Shown: positions 57,117 to 64,000 of the stretch, piece after piece
Numbering within the stretch: the first letter of the stretch is position 1
How the letters are laid out: each line of letters starts with the position of its first letter
Source: Lachnospiraceae bacterium
Lineage (GTDB): Bacteria; Bacillota; Clostridia; Lachnospirales; Lachnospiraceae
Assembly (NCBI GenBank): GCA_024681775.1
Contig: JAILAF010000022.1
Span: 80 to 64,079, forward strand
Length of the DNA stretch: 64,000 nt
Reading direction: 5' to 3'
Position numbers and translations under genes: made by a program
Notes under the pieces: model-generated
Told to the model about the DNA's origin: nothing
Databases searched by the model: none
The model's input: the letters and a program-made list of their open reading frames with translations, nothing else

Positions 57117-58349
57117 ATGAGGTTAAGACGCGTTCTTTCGAGTATTCTTACCCTGTCCATAGGCATATCGGTCCTCTCCGGCTGCGGAAGCGTTCAGAGC
57201 CAGGTCGATGCCACCCATACCAAAAGCTTAACGCTGGCGCTCCGTGACGGCACTTATTCGGATGTCATCCGATCCTGTCTGCCCGCTTTCGAAGAGCAGA
57301 CCGGGATCACTTGCGAAGTCGTTAATTTCTCCGAGGATGATCTGCACAATCTCCTTTTGGATGAGGGGGGCAGGAGTTCGCAATATGATCTGTGCATGGC
57401 GGATGCCTCCTGGACCGCACAGCTCTATGCCGAAGGGGTCGTCGCGGATCTGTCCGAGCTGGGATACAGCATCGACAATGATATCATCCCCGCCACAACC
57501 GCCATCTCCTACTATGGCGACCATCTCTATCTGGTACCCTATTTCGGCAATGTGACCGTGCTCCTCTACAACAAGGATCTGATCAAAAGCAGCGGCGTGG
57601 ATCTGAATTCAGACTCCTCCCTGGCAGATGTGATGGAAGTCGCCAAATACGCCGAGAGCATCGGAAAGGCCGGATTCCTTTACAGAGGCGACACCGAGAA
57701 CAATCTGGTGGTGGATTTCCTGCCGATATTGCTGGCCTACGGCGGCTGGGTCGTGGATGAGAACAACCGCCCTACCGTCAACACGCCGGTATTTGTGGAA
57801 GCCATGAACGCTTATCTGAATCTCATCGCCACCGGAGAAGCAATGGACAAATCCACGCTCATCGCATCCATTGAGAACGGGGAAGGCGCCATGGCCATCG
57901 GATGGCCCGGCTGGTACACTCCCACGGAGTTGTCTCCGGCGAACTACTGCTCCATCTCCGGCAAGCTGGATGAAAATTCCATCTCCTATAATGCCAATGT
58001 CTACGGCATTTGGATGCTGGGCATCTGTGGAGACAGTTCCAAAAAGGAAGCCGCCGCACAGCTCCTGACCTACCTGATGGATAAAAACGTTCAGAAAGAA
58101 ACCATCGCCATCGGCGGCGTCCCCTGCAGATATTCCAGTCTCCGTGATGAGGCAGTGCTGGCCCAGTACCCGCAATACGATGCCATCTGTGATGCGTTAC
58201 AGGGCGGAACCTATCGTCCCACGCTGGAAAAATGGCCGGAATTCTACACCATTCTGGGAAATGCAATGCGCCAGATCATAGACGGCGAGATCAGCGTGGA
58301 GAACGGCCTGAATCAGGCACAAAAAGAGCTGGAGAACACCATCCGATAA
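57117..58349 (+). CDS. ABC-type extracellular sugar-binding lipoprotein
   Basis: Signal peptide with lipobox LSGC; YLVPYFGNVTVLLYNKDL; GEGAMAIGWP; GIWMLGI; no permease genes adjacent. Confidence 0.88.
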   Translation: MRLRRVLSSILTLSIGISVLSGCGSVQSQVDATHTKSLTLALRDGTYSDVIRSCLPAFEEQTGITCEVVNFSEDDLHNLLLDEGGRSSQYDLCMADASWTAQLYAEGVVADLSELGYSIDNDIIPATTAISYYGDHLYLVPYFGNVTVLLYNKDLIKSSGVDLNSDSSLADVMEVAKYAESIGKAGFLYRGDTENNLVVDFLPILLAYGGWVVDENNRPTVNTPVFVEAMNAYLNLIATGEAMDKSTLIASIENGEGAMAIGWPGWYTPTELSPANYCSISGKLDENSISYNANVYGIWMLGICGDSSKKEAAAQLLTYLMDKNVQKETIAIGGVPCRYSSLRDEAVLAQYPQYDAICDALQGGTYRPTLEKWPEFYTILGNAMRQIIDGEISVENGLNQAQKELENTIR

Positions 58350-58366
58350 AGCGATAACCCTTAAGA

Positions 58367-58407
58367 CATGAAAAAAGCTTCCGGTTTTCACCGGAAGCTT
58401 TTTCATG
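58367..58407. terminator. Bidirectional terminator between the SBP gene and tpiA
   Basis: aaaaagcttccgg-ttttca-ccggaagcttttt between convergent genes. Confidence 0.92.
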
Positions 58408-58417
58408 TAGCAGAATC

Positions 58418-59167
58418 TTACTGATAGTTGACGATCTTGCCGAAGTCGGGCTTCAGGCTCGCACCGCCTACCAGGCCGCCGTCGATGTCGGACTGTGCGA
58501 ACAGCTCGGCTGCGTTGCCTGCGTTGACGGATCCGCCGTACTGGATACGAACGGATGCTGCGGTAGCATCATCATAAATCTCTGCGATGCAGTCGCGGAT
58601 ACCCTTGCAAACCTCCTGTGCCTGCTCGGTGGTAGCGGTCTTGCCGGTACCGATAGCCCAGATAGGCTCGTAAGCGATCACCATGGAAGCAACCTGATCA
58701 GCGGAAACGCCCACCAGATCGGACTTGATCTGGAAACGGATCCAGTCCATGGTCACGCCCATCTCTCTCTGCTCCAGGCTCTCACCGCAGCAAAGGATGG
58801 GGGTCAGTCCTGCTTCGAAGGCCTTCTTGACCTTCTTGTTCAGCAGTGCATCGTCCTCCTTGAAGTAATCTCTTCTCTCGGAGTGGCCCAGGATGACGTA
58901 CTGAACGCCTGCATCCTTCAGCATTGCAGCGGAGATCTCTCCGGTGAATGCACCCTTCTCCTCGAAATACATATTCTCAGCGCCTACGGCAACATTGGTG
59001 CCCTTCACAGCTTCCACAACGGGAATGATGTCGATGGCGGGTACACAGTAGACTACATCAACGGAATCGCTCTGTACGAGGGGCTTCAGCTCCTCGGCAA
59101 GCTTCACTGCCTCGCTGGGAGTCATGTTCATCTTCCAGTTGCCGGCTACGATCTTTCTTCTTGCCAT
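58418..59167 (-). CDS. tpiA: Triosephosphate isomerase
   Basis: Start [14 protein letters not shown] (59167); [31 protein letters not shown]. Confidence 0.98.
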   Translation of the reverse strand: MARRKIVAGNWKMNMTPSEAVKLAEELKPLVQSDSVDVVYCVPAIDIIPVVEAVKGTNVAVGAENMYFEEKGAFTGEISAAMLKDAGVQYVILGHSERRDYFKEDDALLNKKVKKAFEAGLTPILCCGESLEQREMGVTMDWIRFQIKSDLVGVSADQVASMVIAYEPIWAIGTGKTATTEQAQEVCKGIRDCIAEIYDDATAASVRIQYGGSVNAGNAAELFAQSDIDGGLVGGASLKPDFGKIVNYQ

Positions 59168-59194
59168 ATTTTTTCTCCTATTTTTCTCGATATC

Positions 59195-59324
59195 TACGGA
59201 TTTCTTCGCTTCGCTTTCGAAATCCGTACGTTTTCGCAATATCTGTTCCGCCTTCGGCGGGATATTGCTCAAACGTTTCGTTCGCCAAAGACGCAGTATC
59301 TTCTGCTAGCAGAGATACTGCGTC
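59195..59324. repeat. Three consecutive hairpins between pgk and tpiA
   Basis: tacggatttc/gaaatccgta around ttcgcttcgc; gcaatatc..ccgcc-ttc-ggcgg-gatattgc; gacgcagtatc(t)tctgc-ta-gcagagatactgcgtc. Confidence 0.9.
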
Positions 59325-59344
59325 CTCGGCTCACTTTATATCGC

Positions 59345-60568
59345 TCATTTATCATCTGCTGCAGCTACGCCAGGAAGAACCTTGCCCTCAAGGAACTCCA
59401 GGGAAGCGCCGCCACCGGTGGAAATGTGGCTCATCTTGTCGCCGAAGCCCAGCTGGTTGACAGCTGCTGCAGAGTCGCCGCCGCCGATGATGGTGGTGGC
59501 ATCAGTCTCTGCCAGGGCCTTGGCCACTGCGATGGTACCTGCAGCCAGAGTGGGATTCTCGAAGACGCCCATAGGTCCGTTCCAGACTACGGTCTTGGCA
59601 GACTTGACAGCCTCAGCATAGAGAGCCTGGGTTTTAGGTCCGATGTCGCAGCCCTCACGGTCTGCAGGCATCTTGTCGGCATCATAGACCTCGGTCTCAA
59701 CAGGGGCATCGATGGGATCAGGGAAAGCAGCGATGGTGACGGAGTCAACGGGAAGCAGCAGCTTCTTGCCCAGCTTCTGCGCCTTATCCATCATCTCCTT
59801 GCAGTAGTCAAGCTTCTCATTGTCTACCAGGGAGTTACCGATCTCCATTCCCTGTGCCTTCAGGAAGGTATATGCCATACCGCCGCCGATGATCAGGGTG
59901 TCGCACTTCTCCAGCAGGTTGTTGATCACGTTCAGCTTGTCTGCAACCTTAGCGCCGCCCAGGATGGCAACGAAAGGACGAACGGGATTCTCAACCGCAT
60001 TGCCCAGGAAGTTGATCTCCTTCTGCATCAGGTAGCCGACCACATTCTCGCCGCCCTTTGCGGTGATGAACTTGGTAACGCCTTCCACGGAAGCGTGTGC
60101 TCTGTGGGAGGAACCGAATGCGTCGCAAACATACAGGTCAGCCAGATCAGCCAGCTCCTTGGAGAACTCCTCGCCGTTCTTGGTCTCCTCAGCGCCGCGG
60201 AAACGGGTATTCTGCAGCAGGACCACATCGCCTTCCTTCATAGCCTCGACAGCCTTGGTAGCTGCTTCGCCGGTCACGTTGTAATCAGCGACGAAGACGA
60301 CTTCCTTGCCCAGCTTCTCGCTGAGTCTCTTTGCAACGGGTGCCAGGGACTCGCCCTCGTTGGGGCCGTTCTTCACCTTGCCCAGGTGAGAGCAAAGGAT
60401 CACCTTGCCGCCGTCATCGATCAGCTTCTGAATGGTGGGCAGAGCTGCAACGATTCTGGTCTCATCGGTGATCTCACCGTTCTTCAGAGGTACATTGAAA
60501 TCGCAGCGGACGAGAACTCTCTTGCCCTTTGCGTTGATGTCATCTACAGACTTTTTGTTTAATCCCAT
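59345..60568 (-). CDS. pgk: Phosphoglycerate kinase
   Basis: [54 protein letters not shown]. Confidence 0.98.
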   Translation of the reverse strand: MGLNKKSVDDINAKGKRVLVRCDFNVPLKNGEITDETRIVAALPTIQKLIDDGGKVILCSHLGKVKNGPNEGESLAPVAKRLSEKLGKEVVFVADYNVTGEAATKAVEAMKEGDVVLLQNTRFRGAEETKNGEEFSKELADLADLYVCDAFGSSHRAHASVEGVTKFITAKGGENVVGYLMQKEINFLGNAVENPVRPFVAILGGAKVADKLNVINNLLEKCDTLIIGGGMAYTFLKAQGMEIGNSLVDNEKLDYCKEMMDKAQKLGKKLLLPVDSVTIAAFPDPIDAPVETEVYDADKMPADREGCDIGPKTQALYAEAVKSAKTVVWNGPMGVFENPTLAAGTIAVAKALAETDATTIIGGGDSAAAVNQLGFGDKMSHISTGGGASLEFLEGKVLPGVAAADDK

Positions 60569-60596
60569 AATGATCTCCTTATGTATTTTCTAACTT

Positions 60597-60626
60597 AAAA
60601 AGGGTCCGGTCCTCGGACCGGACCCT
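60597..60626 (-). terminator. Terminator/attenuating hairpin between gap and pgk
   Basis: agggtccggtcc-tc-ggaccggaccct followed by tttt on the minus strand. Confidence 0.8.
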
Positions 60627-60648
60627 CATAGGTCTGTGATCAGTCAGA

Positions 60649-61662
60649 TCAGCCAAGCTCAGAGAAGTACTTAATGGTACGAACCATCTGAGAGGTGTAG
60701 CTGTTCTCGTTGTCATACCAGGAAACAACCTGAACCAGGCTGTTGCCGTCGTCCATCTTGCTGACCATGGTCTGGGTAGCATCGAAGATGGAGCCGTAGG
60801 TGGAACCAACGATGTCGGAAGAAACGATCTCATCCTCGTTGTAATCGAAGGACTCGGTCTTTGCAGCCTTCATAGCAGCGTTGATGCCTTCCTTGGTAAC
60901 CTCACCCTTCACAACTGCAACCAGGATGGTGGTGGAGCCGGTAGGGGTAGGAACGCGCTGTGCGGAGCCGATGAGCTTGCCGTTCAGCTCGGGGATAACC
61001 AGGCCGATAGCCTTTGCAGCGCCGGTGCTGTTGGGAACGATGTTGATCGCACCTGCACGGCTTCTGCGCAGATCACCCTTTCTCTGAGGACCGTCAAGGA
61101 TCATCTGGTCGCCGGTGTAAGCATGGATGGTGCTCATGATACCGCTCTTGATGGTAGCCAGATCGTTCAGAGCCTTAGCCATGGGAGCCAGGCAGTTGGT
61201 GGTGCAGCTTGCTGCGGAGATGATCTTGTCTTCCTTGGTCAGCGTGGTGTGGTTAACATTGTATACGATGGTAGGCAGATCGTTGCCGGCCGGTGCGGAG
61301 ATAACAACCTTCTTAGCGCCTGCATTGATGTGCGCCTGAGCCTTCTCCTTGGAGGTGTAGAAACCGGAGCACTCCAGCACTACATCCACGCCAAGCTCGC
61401 CCCAGGGGCAATTGTTGGCATCCGGCTCTTTGTAGATCTTCAGAGTCTTGCCGTCAACCGTGATGGAATCTTCACCTGCGCTTACCTTGTCAGCCAGAGC
61501 ATACTTACCCTGAGAAGAGTCATACTTAAGCAGGTGAGCCAGCATCTTGGGGCTGGTCAGATCGTTGATCGCTACAACTTCATAACCCTCAGCTCCGAAC
61601 ATCTGGCGGAATGCGAGACGGCCGATACGGCCAAAACCATTGATTGCTACTTTTACTGCCAT
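60649..61662 (-). CDS. gap: Type I glyceraldehyde-3-phosphate dehydrogenase
   Basis: [44 protein letters not shown]. Confidence 0.98.
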   Translation of the reverse strand: MAVKVAINGFGRIGRLAFRQMFGAEGYEVVAINDLTSPKMLAHLLKYDSSQGKYALADKVSAGEDSITVDGKTLKIYKEPDANNCPWGELGVDVVLECSGFYTSKEKAQAHINAGAKKVVISAPAGNDLPTIVYNVNHTTLTKEDKIISAASCTTNCLAPMAKALNDLATIKSGIMSTIHAYTGDQMILDGPQRKGDLRRSRAGAINIVPNSTGAAKAIGLVIPELNGKLIGSAQRVPTPTGSTTILVAVVKGEVTKEGINAAMKAAKTESFDYNEDEIVSSDIVGSTYGSIFDATQTMVSKMDDGNSLVQVVSWYDNENSYTSQMVRTIKYFSELG

Positions 61663-61693
61663 TGTCAAATTCCTCCATAATTAAAGATATAAG

Positions 61694-61748
61694 TGTGAAA
61701 CCTTTTCACATCGCTTGACATTATAGCGGAAATAAGTCTTTATTTCAA
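61694..61748 (-). promoter_or_regulatory. gap sigma-A promoter with a downstream palindromic operator
   Basis: TTGAAA-N17-TATAAT (61748-61720); TGTGAAA-cct-TTTCACA at 61694-61710. Confidence 0.75.
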
Positions 61749-61895
61749 GATGAAAATGTACGAAAATCTGATAAAATACGCCCTCGGTTTACCATAAGTT
61801 GTTAATAAATTCCGTTATCGAACTCATATCCGGTTCAGACAACGGCTCCCACGTTGATCGTTATGCTCTTTCAGAGAACCGTTACCCGCCCATCA

Positions 61896-61958
61896 TGAAG
61901 ACAAAAGAACCGTCCCCTTGTCCTCACTGAAGACAGAAGGACCGTCCCCCTGTCCTCA
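61896..61958. repeat. Pair of 31-bp REP-like hairpin repeats (period 32)
   Basis: tgaagacaaaagaaccgtccccttgtcctca and tgaagacagaaggaccgtccccctgtcctca; stems GACAA/TTGTC and GACAG/CTGTC. Confidence 0.9.
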
Positions 61959-63311
61959 TTAAAGCTGCTTCATGATGAGATCAACAGCGGTCTCCATAGC
62001 CCTGTCACAGCCCTTTCGAAAATCCGAAAGGGTGACTGCCACTCTGACATCCGGCGAGAAACCTTTATTGTATATGTCTTCTCCGTTCTGCGCGAGGCAG
62101 CGTCTGGTACAGATGCGGTAGCTGCCGCCGCTTTCAAGCGGCACTATGTACGGCTGGCCGGAGGTTCCCGCCGTGTTGCTCCCGACAAAAAGCGCATTGG
62201 TGTGCATTTTCATGACGTCTACAAAATCTTCCGCAGCGGATCCCGTATCGCTGTTCATAAGCACCGCGACCGGGCCTTCCAGTTTCCCGGGAGCATTGTT
62301 CTGCACGTTGTCGCTCTCTCTCTGAAAGCAGATATGCCTGCACATCCGGTAGGATTTCAGACTCCTCTCGTCCCAGTGCATCTCCTCCGCATTCTCCGGC
62401 GATACCTTTTTGAAGTCTTCCCTAAACAAGCCCCACGCCTTATATGTAGGCTCATAGATCTGCGTCTCGGCGAGACAGCTCTCGAACTGCCCGGAGATAA
62501 ACAGGGCAGCGACCGCATCCGCATTATTGCTGTTCCCGCCCTCGTTTCCGCGGACATCGATGATATAGCCTTTTGCTCCGCGCAGCCCATCAAACTTCCC
62601 ATAGATCTTTCCGGGAACCGAATCGTCCATAAAGGTGGTGATCGTGATCATCGCGATGCCGTTCTCCGTGAGCCTGATCCTGACGGATTCCTCATCAAGG
62701 ATCATCTCCCCGGGAATGGTCTGGGGTACCGGCAGGCCGGAAGCATACCATTTTATCCCCGAAGCGTCGGTTCTCCGAAAGCCTGCGTCGAACAGTTTTC
62801 CGTCCTTTTCAAATGTCAGAAGCACTTCACTGCCGGCCTTTCCGTATAAAAGCTCGATCACTGCCGCCTTCGCGCAGGCTTCCTCATTCCCATGCCAGAT
62901 ATAAGGGTAGCATTTTTCGCGGATATGATCCCGGATATCCACGCCGTCAAACTTCTTCAGCACACTGAACATCGGGATCGTGTCTTTATACTCTTCCGCG
63001 ACACTTAATACCACATACTCTTCTTCGATCTTCACAAGATAAAGCGGGAGCATCGAATAGTATTCCGCGCTCTGCCGGACATCCGCCGGAAAGCTGATCC
63101 CGGTATGCCCGTCACCGAGCAGATTTAAAAAGCGTGCAAGCTCCCGATAGTATTCGTATACATCCGAAGCCTCAAGCACCCGCGGGAGCGCTTTTTTATA
63201 CTCCCCGTCCCAATCGACACTCACCCTGTCCCAGAACGCGAAATTATACTCTGCATCCTTCCAGATCTTTGACAGCTCGTAGATTTTCTGTTCGTCCGAA
63301 ATCGTTCTCAT
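61959..63311 (-). CDS. S41 family peptidase without a signal peptide
   Basis: Start MRTISDEQ (63311); IIDVRGNEGG, TGSAAEDF (catalytic Ser region), VGSNTAG, GFSPDV. Confidence 0.88.
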   Translation of the reverse strand: MRTISDEQKIYELSKIWKDAEYNFAFWDRVSVDWDGEYKKALPRVLEASDVYEYYRELARFLNLLGDGHTGISFPADVRQSAEYYSMLPLYLVKIEEEYVVLSVAEEYKDTIPMFSVLKKFDGVDIRDHIREKCYPYIWHGNEEACAKAAVIELLYGKAGSEVLLTFEKDGKLFDAGFRRTDASGIKWYASGLPVPQTIPGEMILDEESVRIRLTENGIAMITITTFMDDSVPGKIYGKFDGLRGAKGYIIDVRGNEGGNSNNADAVAALFISGQFESCLAETQIYEPTYKAWGLFREDFKKVSPENAEEMHWDERSLKSYRMCRHICFQRESDNVQNNAPGKLEGPVAVLMNSDTGSAAEDFVDVMKMHTNALFVGSNTAGTSGQPYIVPLESGGSYRICTRRCLAQNGEDIYNKGFSPDVRVAVTLSDFRKGCDRAMETAVDLIMKQL

Positions 63312-63313
63312 AT

Positions 63314-63577
63314 TCAGGCCTCCACCAGTTCCTTCCATACTGCTTCAAACACCTGATCCGTATCAAAATCCGGTGCAAAACGCCCCGCGATATCACAGAT
63401 CAGCTGCACCCTTATCTCATCCTCTTCCACCTCATCCGCAATCTGCGGAACGTCCTTGCCTCTGCGAAGCTTTCTGCAGATTTGATCGATCAAATGGCGT
63501 TCTGATCCTTTCTCTATTCCTTTCTCTATTCCTTTCTCTATTCCTTTTTCCATAAAGATCTCTGCAAATCCTTCCAT
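63314..63577 (-). CDS. Candidate intragenic small protein (Rpn-S-like, 87 aa)
   Basis: Perfect SD AGGAGGT (63591-63585), 7-nt spacer, in-frame ATG at 63577 (MEGFAEIFMEKG...). Confidence 0.6.
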   Translation of the reverse strand: MEGFAEIFMEKGIEKGIEKGIEKGSERHLIDQICRKLRRGKDVPQIADEVEEDEIRVQLICDIAGRFAPDFDTDQVFEAVWKELVEA

Positions 63578-64000
63578 TGTTTTTACCTCCTCCGCGACCT
63601 GTGGTCTGCTTTCTATATCTACGTACTTTTTTACTGCTTCCGTCTTTCCCGCATTTACACTTTCGATATACTCAAATACACTGTTTTCAGGAACCTCACT
63701 GCCCAGGCGGACGAACACGACACTCATCAGGTCATAGTTTTCCGCTGCATCCGGCGTATCCCCGATCAGATCCCGTTTCTTTAACTCTATGAGACTCACG
63801 CTGTTCTGCAGTACTTTCGGCACATCCCGTACCATCACCCAGATGCTGTAACACTTCTCCAACGCCCCATAGTCCGTCACATGGGTACTGTAGGAAAGCT
63901 GCGAGCACAATTCCCTTGCCACATAATATACCGCCCTCTTTTCCGGCGGATATGACTTCTTCGCACCCTTATCCGTCACATAGTAGCGGTTCTGGATCTC
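63314..64000 (-). CDS. Rpn/YhgA-like PD-(D/E)XK nuclease family protein (5' end outside the window)
   Basis: Frame open to the window edge: EIQNRYY...RAVYYVARELCSQL, CYSIWV, YDLMSVVFVRL; C-terminal (EKGI)n repeats. Confidence 0.85.
   Translation of the reverse strand, partial: EIQNRYYVTDKGAKKSYPPEKRAVYYVARELCSQLSYSTHVTDYGALEKCYSIWVMVRDVPKVLQNSVSLIELKKRDLIGDTPDAAENYDLMSVVFVRLGSEVPENSVFEYIESVNAGKTEAVKKYVDIESRPQVAEEVKTMEGFAEIFMEKGIEKGIEKGIEKGSERHLIDQICRKLRRGKDVPQIADEVEEDEIRVQLICDIAGRFAPDFDTDQVFEAVWKELVEA
63506..63553 (-). repeat. 12-bp tandem repeat encoding (I/M)EKG x4
   Basis: tcctttctctat x3 plus tcctttttccat. Confidence 0.95.

Overview
The window is chromosomal DNA from a fairly GC-rich Bacillota (Clostridia), probably Lachnospiraceae; this is inferred from gene order and content. 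Most of it (about 1-36.7 kb, minus strand) is one large flagellar/chemotaxis gene cluster: flgBC-fliEFGHIJ-ylxF-fliK-flgD-TIGR02530-flgE-flbD-motAB-fliLMY-cheY-fliOPQR-flhBAFG-PilZ brake-cheBAWCD-fliA-fapA and downstream unknowns. It is followed by housekeeping genes (codY, topA, tRNA-Glu, polC, ispG, dprA, comM/yifB, pilT, an HD-domain protein, hemW, lepA, rpsT, a Zn-ribbon membrane protein, an orphan sugar-binding lipoprotein, tpiA-pgk-gap). At the right end is an accessory pair: an S41 peptidase and a truncated Rpn/PD-(D/E)XK gene. Three signals are not explained by the gene list. (1) A dispersed set of intergenic hairpin elements rich in C-GNA-G DNA minihairpins, including two tandem arrays inside the flagellar operon (56/73-bp alternating units; 133-bp units) and a REP-like pair, with compensatory base changes between copies in the 133-bp array and the pair. 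(2) A perfect intragenic Shine-Dalgarno plus ATG in the Rpn gene, predicting a small C-terminal antitoxin-type protein, with the gene coupled to a cytoplasmic S41 protease. (3) A degenerate HD-GYP-like gene overlapping pilT, and NrdR-box-like operators in front of polC and of the flagellar operon. No databases were searched; family assignments come from motif recognition.
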